Positions 26,401 to 39,199 of a DNA stretch of 57,764 bases are shown here, in pieces (the stretch's first letter is position 1; every line of letters starts with the position of its first letter). Made by a program: the position numbers and the translations under genes. Origin of the DNA: Chara braunii (Eukaryota; Plantae; Charophyceae); contig BFEA01000028.1 of assembly GCA_003427395.1 (NCBI GenBank), positions 4,672,045 through 4,729,808 of the forward strand, read 5' to 3'. The notes beneath the pieces are model-generated. The model was not told where the DNA came from. It saw only the letters and a list, made by a program, of their open reading frames with translations, and ran no database searches.

Positions 26401-28176
26401 CAGACAGCGCGCGTGTCTCTCATGGGAAGGGTCATAGTGCTTAACACCTCAATTTTATCTACGGGATGGTATGTTGCGTCTCTCTGGACTCCACCCCCAG
26501 ATTTCTTTACCAACCTCAAAAAGAAACATGGAGCTTACCTCTGGACAGGTAACGCGGATAAAGACACGCACATCTCCAAAGTGGCTTGGAAATATGTTAC
26601 CAGACCCAAATCACAAGGAGGTTTGGGTTTATTGAACCCAGTCTCACAATTCCAGGCACTTCAACTGAAATGGATAATCAAACTCCTCTTTAACAAAGAA
26701 CTCCCATGGCACAACATGGCCCTACACCAGATCCGCAATCTAGTCCCTTCAAAGTGGACCCGAACATAGAAGGCTACCACTGGATACTCAACCCCGCATG
26801 GTCCCTGGCACGAAAGGATAGAAGAAGACAGATGGAAGGGAAAGATCCACTCAGTGATCGTTAGGCCTCCTTGATAAAACACTGGAGAGACTGTTTCCCA
26901 CAGAAAATAAGAACCCCACAAATTAGAGAGGAAGTCTTGAGACAACCCCTATTCGGAAACCCCCTCTTAAAAGACCAAAATCACAAACCCTGGACTCTGA
27001 ATTCTAAAGGCAAACATTGGAGAAAGTGGATGGGTAATGGGGTTTGGAAGGTGGAACACTTATGGAACAAAGAAAAGAACAGATGGACCACTGCCCAAGA
27101 ACTGAGAACCAAACTCAAAGGAGTCCACAACTTAAAAGACCATTTAGAAAGGTTGTTAGAAAGCGTCCCCTTGAGATGGGAATTGCTCTTAAAATCCAAG
27201 TCCAAGTGGAGCGTAGGCGATTGGGCTACAAAAAAGGGACCAAACCCCCCACTAGAAGGATACAAGTTGATTAAAAACACAGAAGAAGGGAAGGCAGAAT
27301 TTGAATCCTTTGAGCTAATAGATACGCACAAAACCTGGGTAAAACCCAGAAAAACAATAGAACAAAGGACAACAATCGAACTCAAAGATCTAAGAAAAGT
27401 CAGAATCTGCTCACCCAAAATCAACTGTAAAAAGACCCTAAACTATGAACAGGGGCAAAAGGAAATCTGGATCTTCAGGCCAGACGAAGACATTAAAGAT
27501 CTAGAAAATGGACCCTGCAGAATGGGGTTGGTACACCCCAGGTAGCGTAGGAAGAGCCAAAAAGCTTACACCACTTTACGACTATGAAACCAAAGTGGGT
27601 TATAGACTAAGAAACAAGACAAAGGATCCTCAACCGATAATAACAGATAGATGGAAGAAAAATTTGGGAGAAAATGCAGGATGGACAGGCAGAATCCCAT
27701 GGAGCAAGTATACTAGCATAAGGCCAGCAAGGATCAGTAGCCTACAATGGCTCATACTATACTGGGCAGTACCGGTCAACCAATGGTTGAGTAAAAGAAG
27801 AAAGCAAGAGGATCCCCAGCAACCATCTGCGTGGTGCAAAGTGTGCAATGAAGGCCTTGAAGAGTCATTGACACACTGCCTCATTCTCTGTCGGCGAGCC
27901 CAAGAACTTTGGGACAGAACAAACGCGCTCTGGGCCAAATTAATAGGACACACGTTTCCTTCCAACAAGGTTTACCTATTGGCGGGGAGGATCGTAGACA
28001 ACAATTTGGAAGAAGAGGAAATACCTTTAGCGGACCTGTGGAGGAGAGCGACTCTCTGGGTAATATGGAAAGCGAGATGCAAGGGTACGTCAGATAATCA
28101 ATTTCCCAGCTTGGAGGAGAGGTGGACGGAAGTCAAGTCCATAATACAAACAGAGATAAAGAGCTCGATGGAGTAG
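23472..28176 (+). pseudogene. LINE ORF2 (APE endonuclease, RT, C-terminal CCHC), L1/Tx1 type, disabled
   Basis: APE motifs SWNVRG, IQETH, NIYAP, GDWN, SRIDF, DH. RT motifs KTPGLDG, NYRPITLL, DFEKAYD, RQGDPL, FADD. C-terminal CKVC...ESLTHCLILC. Several in-frame stops and frameshifts. Confidence 0.95.
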
Positions 28177-29515
28177 AGAGCAAAAAGAACAACAGAAAAT
28201 AATCCAACCAGAGAAGCGAGATCTGAGTCAGAAAAAATTTGAGAAAACCTGGCTTAACGGGAAAGGTATTGCAAAAATAGAGAAGGGCTGGTTCCAATTC
28301 AAAAACTGGGATTAACAAGAGAAAAAACACAGGGAAGGGAGGAAGTGAAAAGGTACCATTCAGTTTAAAAAGCGGGATTAAACAGACCAGAAACGGGCGG
28401 AGACCTCCAAGCCATGCGCCCCCCTCCTCCACATCCCCTTCCCAGATAACCTCTTACCACCTCCCCCCCTGACTAACACCTCTAATCTGCGGCGAGGGAC
28501 CGATAAGGATGGAGTCACTACAAGTCATCTGTAAAGAAAGAAGCGGTGGAATCATTGAAGACCAGACTAAACGCCGAGAGAAGAAGCAGACACAGTTGAA
28601 GTCCTCGTTGCAAGCCGAAATTCCTGGCAGTTGGCAGATACAGAAGTACTCGGTCAGAAGAAGGTGAGGTTCAGCAAGACAAAGTCAGAAGGAGCCCCAT
28701 CAGAGTGAGGCGAGTGGAAGAGGAAAAAATGACAGGGACACCGGCAACACAAGCCGAGGGGAAAGGGTAAAGCAGTGCAAGCTGACAGATACGCCTCCAG
28801 AAGACTGGCAGATCTAGGGAACAGGGCTGAGAAGAAAGAGTAAGACAGTGCAAGCTAACTTCTAGCGGATCTGGTTGGTAGCTGACAAAGGGGCATGGCA
28901 GATGGGGCACATTTCACGATGGAAAGTTGAGCATAATTCGGTTAAGTTGGTACCCTAGCAGAACACCCAGGTACTGGAGGAACCAGCCCCGATCGGAGCC
29001 TAGAAGAGTACCCAAGGCACACGCATGAAAGGCGGCAGACGAGGTCGCACAGGGAACACATGGACGAGGATTAATCTTCTTTAGGGTGTAGGGTTTAGGG
29101 CTGAGGGTTTAGACAGAAACAAGACCGCAGGGGTTAGAATGCTAAGGATTGTACGACGCTTATTTGAGGGGCGCAGGAGCTTAGGGCCTAGACAGCATTG
29201 GCAGCAGTCGTAGCTTCTCAGACCTTTCCGGTTGTGCAAGTTTTAACTGACAGGCTCTTACTGTAGTCCTGAGAGGAAAGGGGCAAGCAGGGCAAGCTGA
29301 CAGTCAATCCTCCACGTTGCTGGAGTAATCAATGCTGATCAGGGTTCCTTCGGCCAGACGGAAGGAAGCGTGTGGGTGTCCTATATTGTAATATTTTCCT
29401 GACTTGCCGGTGGAATAGGAACCGGACTGATGCTCCCCAGAATGGAAATGGAGCCAGGGCCATAAGGACCTGTTTNNNNNNNNNNNNNNNNNNNNNNNNN
29501 NNNNNNATAAGGACC

Positions 29516-29574
<59 letters not shown>

Positions 29575-29695
29575 ACCAGTGCACCCGCACCCAAAATCCC
29601 GAAGCTACCTGAAGGGGCGCGAACACGTTCGCCGTGCTACGCAGAAGGTAACGATGCGAACAACATACTGCCCACTTAACGTGCGTAACTTATCA

Positions 29696-29807
29696 AAGTC
29701 GTTGGTTAATCATTTGGACGATTTCGGGCAAAAGAATTCCCATGGTGTGCCAGGCGGTGTGTACACGGCCTGAGTGCATATTCACCGAGGCATGCTGATC
29801 CGCGATT
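29696..29807 (-). pseudogene. rrn18: Fragment of organellar (plant mitochondrial-type) small-subunit rRNA gene, NUMT
   Basis: TTCCCATGGTGTGCCAGGCGGTGTGTACACGGCCTGAGTGCATATTCACCGAGGCATGCTGATCCGCGATT is a mutated reverse complement of the conserved 1340-1420 region of bacterial-type SSU rRNA. The CATATTCACC variant resembles plant mitochondrial rrn18. Confidence 0.8.
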
Positions 29808-30199
29808 GGTGCGTCATCATGGCCCAGACCCTCTTACACAGTCATAGGCCTTAGAAAGGCCTGTGAGGCTAAGTGGCCTGCCCAAGCAAATGCCCGCGGC
29901 TCCCAGGCCCATTGTGGGAGGCCCCATACATGCCACCATTTTACTGATCGTTGATGCTTGTGACTATTTGTTTACTTTGCTGCAGTGCTTGGCCTTGGCT
30001 TGAGTTGTTGTTATTGCTGGCCTTGTCACGGATAACCAAGAAAAGTTTTCATCCATTCAATGGCTGGTCTTGTTTGTGGCTTTGTATGGATTATGCATGA
30101 CATGTATGTCTGATGTGCTGAATGTTATTTGGGTCGGTGCTTTATCTTGTTCGAGGTGACCAAGTCGCTCAAAACAGCATCTACTCAGTGGTGATCCGG

Positions 30200-30730
30200 A
30201 CATGCAGATCGTAACCATGATGAATTTGCTTGAACCCTGATTTTTCTGGTATGAATAGAGTCTGCAGCTTGTCAAATCTTGTTTAAGAATTAAAGTCGGT
30301 TTGTCTACTATTGTCAAGTGCTCTTTGCCACAAGGATACACGTAGCATTTCCTTACAACCCAGATCATTTGCCTGATCTGTGTTGCCTTGACAGCTATAA
30401 AGACCTATCTCGCTGCAGAATTGAATGCTTTCTATCGTTTGGGTGAGCAACAAAGTGCCTTCGAAGCATGCATGAGGTATTTGAGCAAGGGTGATTCAGC
30501 TGAGGTAAACGTCACAATGTGGCAGTATTTAGCTGGTGTTGACGTTGATGGACCCCCTATATCTGGCCAGCAATATCAGGACTTGATGGCAAGCTGTGAG
30601 GAGCTTGCATATCAGCAACAAGAGAAGTATCAAAACTGCAACAGGTTTTGTGACCCGCAAGAAGCTTCTATTTGCTGTGATTCATTGTATCTCCCGGGCT
30701 TTGATTTAACAAATCTAGTAGGCCTTCCGC
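30200..30730 (+). pseudogene. Decayed coding fragment, possibly of a DNA transposase
   Basis: Protein-like frame (TAIKTYLAAELNAFYRL...EELAYQQQEKY) preceded by in-frame stops. No diagnostic motif. Confidence 0.3.
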
Positions 30731-31880
30731 TGAATGGGCCTAGGACAGGTGATTGACACTTCCTCCTTCTCCTCCTCCTTCCTGACCACCACCAGCACCC
30801 ACTACTTCCTCCACCACCTCCACTGGTGGTTGACTGGTGTCTACGTTGTAGGTCGTTTAAGGATAATTGGGTTTGAAATTCCTGCTTTTCAATGAAATGG
30901 CATCCCTTAACTAAAAAACAGGAGGGTTTCCTTGACTCAGGTGTGTGTGTGCAAACACTGAACAGCATTTTTTGTAATCCCTCCCCCCCCCCTTCGATGC
31001 AGCTCTTCTATCTTTACGGGGGAAGTTGCAGTTAAGATGGCTCCAATATATTGGTGGGGAGCTGCACCTGCTGGAAAACAGGTCCAGAGTCCCAGTATTA
31101 CATGAAACTTGATGAAAAAGATCAGATGAGGCTGTTTGTTAAGAAAAAGTGTCGATCTTTTGCCTAAGAGATCAGATAGCGTCGGTTGGTTGGGATGCTG
31201 CCTTTTCGGCTTGGCTTCAAGCCCCCAGCTTTGAACACGAAATCCAAGCTGGTTCCCTCTCCTGATGTTACACTGAGCCTGTTCCCTTCCCCCAAACCAT
31301 GTATGGCTGGCCTCAAGTGGAATCTGTGATCAAACAATGAGCCTGTTCCCTTTCCCCAAACCCATGGCTGGCCTCGTTTGGAATGTGCCTCATTTGGAAT
31401 GTGTGATCAACGTCAGTCCAATCTTCAAATCTCAGGTGAATCCCTGAGGTGATGATGCTTCTCCCTCCACCCTTGCAAGCTCCCTCAACTCTGAGTTGTT
31501 CAGCCATTCGTTAGAGAATTTGTTGATTTTCTATTGCTTTTCATTTGGCTCACTCACGTGCTTGATGCTGTCCACTAACTGTTGCGATTCTCTCAGGATG
31601 GTGGTTTGGATGTAGGTTATGATGGTTCTCCCTTGTCTCACGTGCATTTTTTTTTTTTTTGTCTATTTTTCAAACAGCCCTTGCCCTGGGACCCATCTAT
31701 TGGTGGGAAGCACCACCTGCTGGAAAGCGGGTCCAGCGAGGCCTGCCAGGATTGGTTGCCCTGGGACCCAGGGGATTGACTGAGCAGGCGTGTACAAAAT
31801 GTAGTCTTGAGTTACCAATATTGCCTGTCCCCCAGCAAAACAGATTCATTCTTGAGTGAGTGAGTGCATCTTGACATTCA

Positions 31881-32008
31881 TATTCCCAACTTTTCTCCCC
31901 ATCCAATGCCAGCTATCAACTTATCAGTGAAATTTCTCCCTGTGTATTCCCAACTTTTCTCCCCATCCAATACCAGTTATCAACTTATCAGTGAATTTTC
32001 TCCCTCTG
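31881..32008. repeat. Tandem duplication, about 64 bp x2
   Basis: TATTCCCAACTTTTCTCCCCATCCAAT...TATCAACTTATCAGTGAA occurs twice head to tail. Confidence 0.9.
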
Positions 32009-33568
32009 TAGGTCCTGTGGTGGGCAAGGAGCATCTATTTCCAATCCCATCGCCAGTTTGCCTCCCGTGTTAACCACCCTTGGGCAGGGAAGGAAGAGGT
32101 GTTCTTGTGTTTCTCTGATCTTCCACTGTGGGGAATTTGACTGGCAGTGTTTGGACCATGGGAAGAGTCGCCCTTTGTGCTCCAAGTGGGAGTGGTGTAT
32201 GAGCCAGTTTCCTTTCAGTTGGCATCTGTGAATGATCTGCAATTGCAGGGATATTGATTCAGCAGGTTTCCCCTGACACACTCAAGCTTACCGGCCGCGG
32301 GCTGTGCACTGTTGTCGGAAGATTTTGGTCTCTGTTTTTGCTGTTGTGGTTGCTGTGCACTGTGTCTGAAAGACTCTGAAGATTTGGGTCTCTTTTTTTG
32401 CTGTTGTCGTCGCTGTCTTCTTTACTGCAGATGACACATGGGCTATACCTCTAAATGAGACTTTTGGCAAGCCTCTGATGACCAGGATTGTGATCTTTCA
32501 AGGTGACCTCCACCTCTCCATATCCCAACTGAAATTGTCCCACACTCAGGCATGTGATCAGTACCTGCATACTGCTGAAAAAGAAGAACAAGTGCGTGGT
32601 GTACATGTGTTAGTTATACAAGTAGTGTACTGCTCGAAAAACAAAGGAAAACAAAAAACGAAACAAAAAAACAAACGAAGAAGAAGAAGGGTGGGCCGCC
32701 TTTGGCTCATGGCTCAATGTGGGTTGATTTAGCCCTCATATGGAGCTCAAACCTAACTTTTATGTCCACATGGAGGGGTTACTTCATAGCGCTCAGGGAT
32801 GTTAAGTTGCTAACTGATTTACTTATTGGGGTGGGCTGGCTGTTTCTGGCAAGGTCTCTCTCTTCCCTTCTGTGGGAAGGTTTCAGAGTAAACTTTCTAC
32901 CACCTGGGTCGATTGCATGGAATCCGGCTTTTGCAGTCACAAAGAGCTTGGTCCCTCAATAGTTTGGAATGGAACCTGTTTCTGAATGAGGCTTAATGTG
33001 ATGTTGTCATGGAAAAGCATCCAATAGCAGTTCACAAGTACAGCACTCAAAGGCATGGAAACGAAGCTATATGTCCTGTCTTCGGGAAGGTCCTCTGGAC
33101 CTTTGTTGAAAGTTGTGAAGAGGTCTGGAAGTTGACCGCTGGTTTCCTAGAGCCTCTGGCGTGGTGGTTTTGTTATTAGAGCAAAGTAGAATTCAAAATG
33201 TCATGTTATTTTTGTCTGTTCCAACTAACAAGTATTGTTTCGCCAGATGAAGGGGTATCCGAAAGTGGTCACTTCTTCCTCGCTCCTATATTTAACGGTG
33301 CTTTCGTTAAAAGTGAAATTGTTTTCATGTTGACTTTTTTTTAAGTTGAAAATTACATACAAAATAAAGGGCGATAAATGGAAAAAAAGCAGAGAATCAT
33401 GAGAACGGAGAGCAGGTGAAATAGAGGGAAATGAATAGAGGATACACAAAATAGAGCTGAAAAGTAAAAGACTTGAAACCAGAAGAAGTTATTAAACTTT
33501 GTTGTACGAAAAATTGCATGAACACAAATCTTATGATACAAATGGCAAAAATTCAAAGTCGTTCGCTA

Positions 33569-33852
33569 ATTTGTGAACTCTTCCTTAACCACTGACAAAA
33601 AGTCAAATGCCATGCTGACTTGCAATGCAGAATGTTGTCCTGCGAGAAATTGAATGGAGGCAACTGATCGGTCAATGACACAAAACCTAACGTAAACACA
33701 TCACAGCTATATTTGTGAATTCGTCCTTAACCATCGACAAAAAGTCAAATGCCATTCTGAGTTGCATATGCAGAATGTTGTCCTGCGAGAAATTGAATGG
33801 AGGCAACTGATCGGTCAATGACACAAAACCTAACGTAAGCACATCACAACTA
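33569..33852. repeat. Tandem duplication, about 142 bp x2
   Basis: GCAGAATGTTGTCCTGCGAGAAATTGAATGGAGGCAACTGATCGGTCAATGACACAAAACCTAACGTAA is identical in both copies. Confidence 0.95.
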
Positions 33853-34239
33853 CAATTGTCTGCTTGGGTTGGCACTCCATTAACCAATCCCCTAAAAAGA
33901 TATTATTGGCTTGTCTATGTCATATCTATCGTGATGATGTTGACGACGAAATTCCATTTTGAAGAAGGTGGCTAACTTTTCGAGCGATTTCATGTAACCT
34001 CTATGAGGAAGAGAGTCTAGAAGTTGGAATTCACAAATATGACCATTAATGCTAATGCTAGCTAACGCCTAGTGGTTTCCAAAATTAAGCGAGATGAGAA
34101 CGAAGTTGAAATCAAAAAGATAATTTTACATTTTTCAACCAACCCATGACAACAAGAAAAGCGTGTTCTTTGGACAACTCAGACAATAACCGTGCGCAGA
34201 AAAAAGAATTTCAGATATATGAAGTTGAAGCCTGAAATC

Positions 34240-34840
34240 AGCTTGCAAAGTCCCATCCTCACTTTCTTCGTCAGAGTCCTCAGCATTGAAGTGTGCACTA
34301 TCTACGAAATATGTTCCATACGCAGCGTGCGTGAATGCACCGATTTGTTCATCAAAGTACATACGCTCCAACAGGTTCAGAAATGAAATCTCGTTGTCCA
34401 AAGGAGCTCTGTGGTAACCTCTTCTTGCAGGCAAGCAACATACATACGGTCCCCTATGTTTTCCGGCTTCATCTAAAAAAAAAACTCTCAAATTTGTGTC
34501 ATATTTTTACCCACTTTGTAGACAAAACCACGAGCTTCATCATGAAGAGGCAGCAACTTTAAGAATTTTGCACAGTATTCTTGAGTCCCCACCATCTTGT
34601 TGACGAACTGTGTGAGGAAGTCGAACTACATATCGCCCCCTTACTCTGCATGTCATTTCCCAGAAATACAATCGTGTCAGCAGTACGATAAAAGTGCTCC
34701 AGTGTCTCCACCATGGTGTTCGGCTCCCTCTTCATTCCTTCATACACGTTTTTCTCTTTCGGTTCCTTGCCTTCCATTTTCCACTTTGCTGGTGGAAAAT
34801 TCTTCTCTATTTTATTAGTCAGCACCTTTGGCTTCCTCTC
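34240..34840 (-). pseudogene. Decayed transposon-associated ORF fragment
   Basis: Frameshifted peptides NVYEGMKREPNTMVETLEHFYRTADTIVFLG, FDFLTQFVNKM and GYHRAPLDNEISFLNLLERMYFD...AEDSDEESED. Confidence 0.5.
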
Positions 34841-35440
34841 TCGACACGATCGCGCAAAGTGTCTCCCCTCGGATAGTTCTTTTGAATATGATTGTATTCT
34901 AGTTCTTTTGAATATGATTGTATTCGACACACGAAAAACAAAGCATCTACCGGAAGGTAGGTGCTTTGGTTGTTATGTCGAACACGATCATGGCAGACGC
35001 TTTGGTTGTCGCATCTAACACGATTGTCGCATGCCTTTGGTTGTCGTGTCGAACACAATAACCAAAGCACCTACCTCCCTCCAGGTGTTTTTGTTGTGTG
35101 TCGAGCATGATCATGTTCAACACAACAATCCAAGGCGGACTGGAGCTTTGCGCGATTGTGTCGAATATGATCGTGTCGAACACGGCCCATTCAGCAGGAC
35201 AACTCGATAGGGTTGCATTGTGTTCGAGAAGACAACCAAAGCGCTTGACCGGAAGGTGGGCCCTTTGGTTGTCATGTCGAACATGATGGTGTTCGACACG
35301 ATAACCAAAACGCCTACCAAGATTGTGTCGAACACGATTGTGTTCAACATGACAACCAAAGCGCCTACCATGGTCGTGTCGAACACGATTGTGTTCAACA
35401 TAACAACCAAGGCGGGCGGGTGCTTTGCACGATCATGACT
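34840..35440. repeat. Array of palindromic repeats, core GTGTCGAACACGATCGTGTTCGACAC
   Basis: Many degenerate copies, e.g. TTGGTTGTCATGTCGAACATGATGGTGTTCGACACGATAACCAA at about 35266-35309. Confidence 0.85.
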
Positions 35441-36544
35441 CGAAGATTGCTGTATGGGGATTTGCCACGTAGTGCTCTGTCGTCGCATCTGCAACAAATG
35501 AAAGATCTCACCGTTCGCTTGTCTCTACTCGAGTCGTCTACTGTCCACGTCTACCACTGTTGTTCGCCGTCCTTCGCCGATGTCCCAAGCCCTAAGACAC
35601 CACCGCACACTATATGACAATGTCTGCCGATGTCCCAATCGCTAAACCACCACCACACAGGACAACGACCACCATCACACAATTTATCGTCCTATTTTCC
35701 CCCCACCATAAATGATACGACCCCACCAACCCCCCGCACAAATTCTCCTCCTATGCTACTATCTCGACTCGATGCATGCACTTTGCGCTCCGCTCACGGA
35801 TCTGGCCGCCACCCTACGACAAATAGGGGGCCACTCCTTTTTATATAGTCCGAAATGCCTGCCCACATGTCGTCCGATATCCAGAAACCGATGGTTCGGT
35901 ACTTGGAATTTAAAGACGACCTTAAAAGTGGTCGGCGCAGTGTCAGCCACTCGACCATGTGGATCCACAGGTGAGATGGCCCACGCCTTAAAGCAGCCTT
36001 GTGACTTCCGCGAATTGCACATGTGGGAGGCAACCCAATGCCAACGTTGTCCCAATTTCGACAAGCATCGACGCCTCATCATTTTTTAATGTCGTTTGTC
36101 CCCTCCGTAACTTTCATTTTGTGTGCTCGACGGCGGCGTTCCGGTCTGGTCGCCATTTGTTGTAGGCAACCTTTTGCGACTGCAAGGCGGTCTCTCGGGA
36201 GTTTTCACTTTGTGAAAGCAGCACAGCGCTCCAAGTAAGTGAAGCCCCCTCCCACCTCTGACCTTGCCCGTCATTGATTTTTTGTTATTTGCGATTGTCC
36301 GTTTCGCGCGCAACGTCGCAAGCAGTGTGATGTGATCCATTGATTTCAACGATCAACGGTGGATAATTTTTTTTCACCCTGTTTACGATTTATTGACGTT
36401 AACATATAACGCGTACTATGCAGCTGATGTCAACATATAGTGTGCAGTATACAGCCTGTCTTCAAGAAAGTGAAACGTCGCTTCCATCTCCGACCTTCCC
36501 TTTATCGAGTCCGACATGACCATCTACTGACGATTGTCGTTGTC

Positions 36545-36932
36545 AACGATTGTGTTGAACACGATGACTCTGGCTTCTGCAGTTCAAGGATGGGCTTAGT
36601 CTGCCTCAGTCCAGGTCTTTTCAGCCAACTGCCGACATGAACGATCGTGTTGAGCACGACGACTCCGGCTTCTGTGATTCAAGGACGGCCTTCGATTGCC
36701 TTCGTCTAGGTCAGTCGCCATGTTCAACACGATCATTCACGTCAGCACTCAACGAAAAAAACGTGGACTGAGGCAGTCGAAGCTTGTCCTTGAACTACAA
36801 AAGTTGGACTCGTCGTGTTCAACACGGTCGTTCATTCGCATCGACAGTCAGTTGAAAAGACCAGGACTGAGGCAGCCGAAGCCCGTCCTTGAACTGCAGA
36901 AGTCGCAGTCGTCATGTTCAACACGATCGTTC
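36545..36932. repeat. Long imperfect inverted repeat (foldback)
   Basis: TTCTGCAGTTCAAGGATGGGCTT...CTGCCTCAGTCC on the left arm is complementary to GGACTGAGGCAG...AAGCCCGTCCTTGAACTGCAGAA on the right arm. Each arm has two subunits. Confidence 0.85.
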
Positions 36933-37379
36933 ACAATGACCCTCAATTTTAACTGCTCTGAGACAACCAAAAGCCTGCCTAAAACAACAAAAGATTGACA
37001 CCCTGGGATTCCGTAGTCGTTGTATCAAACACGATGGTTCAAGGTGTTGTTGTCATGTCCGTCTCAAAGAATGGCCACTTCGGAGTTGTCGTGTTGAACA
37101 CGACGGTCGACGGCCACCGAACAAATGGAAAGACGTCACCTGTGTATCGATCACCCTCAGTGGTGGCCTTGGGTGGTGTTGTTAACAAGACAACTTCAAA
37201 GACCCTAGAACATTGTTTTATTTAGTGGTTGCCTTGGGTTGTCGTGTTGAACACAGCGACTGCGGAGCTTTCATGTGGTAATGCAGATGCCCTTTGCCAT
37301 CATAAGAACACCTCACCGTTCGCATGGGGATGACCCTAGAACCTTCGGGAGGCGGTGTCCGGAACAGATGTCATATAGT

Positions 37380-38265
37380 GCAGTGGCCGTCTAAGGCAGT
37401 TGTCCTCTGGGCCAATGTCTAACGTTTTCTTTGTAGTAGTTCATCTAAACCAGCTGTCGTTTGAGGTAGTGGCCCTCTGACAATTTGTATTAATGTTTTG
37501 GGTGATGAGGACCGCAAACACCCGACTATTTGGCACTTACTCATCATTCTCGCTATTCAAATGAGGGAGTCGCCGACTAAGGCAACCACGGTGGTTTGGC
37601 AAGCATTGTCTGATGCAGCCAGCAACTAAGGCCGCCATCGTCTAAGGCAGTCGCCGTCTAATACTGTCCCTACATTACTGCTTTTTAGTGACGAGGACTG
37701 CGTACAACTGACTGTTTGGCAACTTTCGAGGTTTGTCGTTGTGGGTACAGGGCTATGTAGATATGTGTTGCGGTCGTGTATGGGGCAGACGCCATCATGG
37801 CCAGCACCCATCTAAGGCAGTTGCCATCTAGGCCAGCATATGACATCATCGTAGCTAGCACCCGTCTGAGGCAGGTGCAGTCTGGGTCAGTAGATGTCTT
37901 ACTCAACCGCCGTCGTCGTCTAACACTTTCCTTGCGCTGGTTCGTCTAAGGCAGCCGCCGAGTAACTTGTTTGACGCACTCGCCGACTAAGGCAGCCACC
38001 ATTATGAGGCAGCCGTTGAGCAACCTGTCTAATGCAGTCACCGACTAAGGCAGTTGACTTCTAAGGCAGCCGTCGTCTAACCTGTCTGACGTAGTCGTCG
38101 ACTACGACAACCAACTTATGAGGCAGTCGTTGTCTAAGGCAATGGTCGTCTAACATTGTCCCTATGGTAGTGCTTTTGGCGATGCCCACCATGAACAACC
38201 GACTGTTCGGCACATTCCGAGGGTTGTTGCTATGGGACGAGGGTTGTGTAGGTGTGTGTTGCGCT
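37380..38265. repeat. Array of short direct repeats (CTAAGGCAG core)
   Basis: More than ten degenerate CGTCTAAGGCAG / CCGACTAAGGCAG copies, plus a longer diverged repeat at about 37655-37775 and 38148-38263. Confidence 0.8.
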
Positions 38266-39199
38266 AGACACAGTTGTTGAGAACATCATGTTGTTGGAGC
38301 CTTTGGTTCCCGAATCAAGTTCTGACCTTTAAGACGTGATATATGGATAAGATGTACACAACAGAGGAATCCGGAATGAGGAGGCAAGAGAGAAGGAAAA
38401 TATTAGACGAAGGACTCAGACGGGAGCGCCGACATCAAGGACCCAAGATGGGACTCGGGACCGCCAGAGTCTTAAAATTGGGAATGGACCATGAAGTAGC
38501 GCCTAGCAAAAGTGCGGCAGAAAATCCTTCTTGAAGAAGGAAGACCGCCAGGAAAAATAATACCCAGATGCGAAGTACCACAAGAAGGAGCGGGCCGATG
38601 AGACCAAGGAAAATAGCACATCGGTGCCGGCACATGAGGTCCTAGCATGTGGCCTAGGAAGTCACTTAAATACGGCATGAGAAAAGTCTGAGGGGCATGA
38701 ACCAAGCAAGGAGGGTGCAAAAGGATAAATAGGTGCCTCCTAAACAAGTGCCCAAGCGTGGGCAATCTGAAAAAATAAAGTGGCCCTTGGGAGCCAAAAT
38801 AAAAAAGGCCAGAAAAAAAGAGGAAGAGCCTCAATTTCGAAGCATCTAGGCCTTGAAATTGAGAAGGACTCAAAACGGGTGCAACGGACCACAAGAGCCT
38901 TTCTTGGGGAATGCCCAGGTACATTGAACCTGAAAAATAAGGATCTAATGTGGTCCGAGAGAGAAAGGTTAGCAAGGATGAGGAGAAAAGGGCCTAGAGG
39001 GAGAATGGGGGAGGTAAGAGAGTGTGGAAGTCAAAAAAGGAAAGTCGCCACATCATGGTCAACTTGCCCCTCCACAAAAGAGATCTAGGTGCCTTGAACA
39101 TGACTGTATAAAGTCTAGATGCAATTGGGACAAAACGGACAAAAACGGACAAAAAAGGACAAAAAAGGACAAAAGTGGACACCTAGAACAAAAGAAAAC

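Larger units (their letters stand above)
18229..29573 (+). mobile_element. Near full-length LINE retrotransposon with long UTRs and poly(A) tail (5' end tentative)
   Basis: ORF1, ORF2, a 3' region of more than 1 kb and an A run at 29520-29573. The 5' boundary rests only on a candidate TSD (CACCAGTACACC at 18217 vs CACCAGTGCACC at 29574). Confidence 0.6.
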
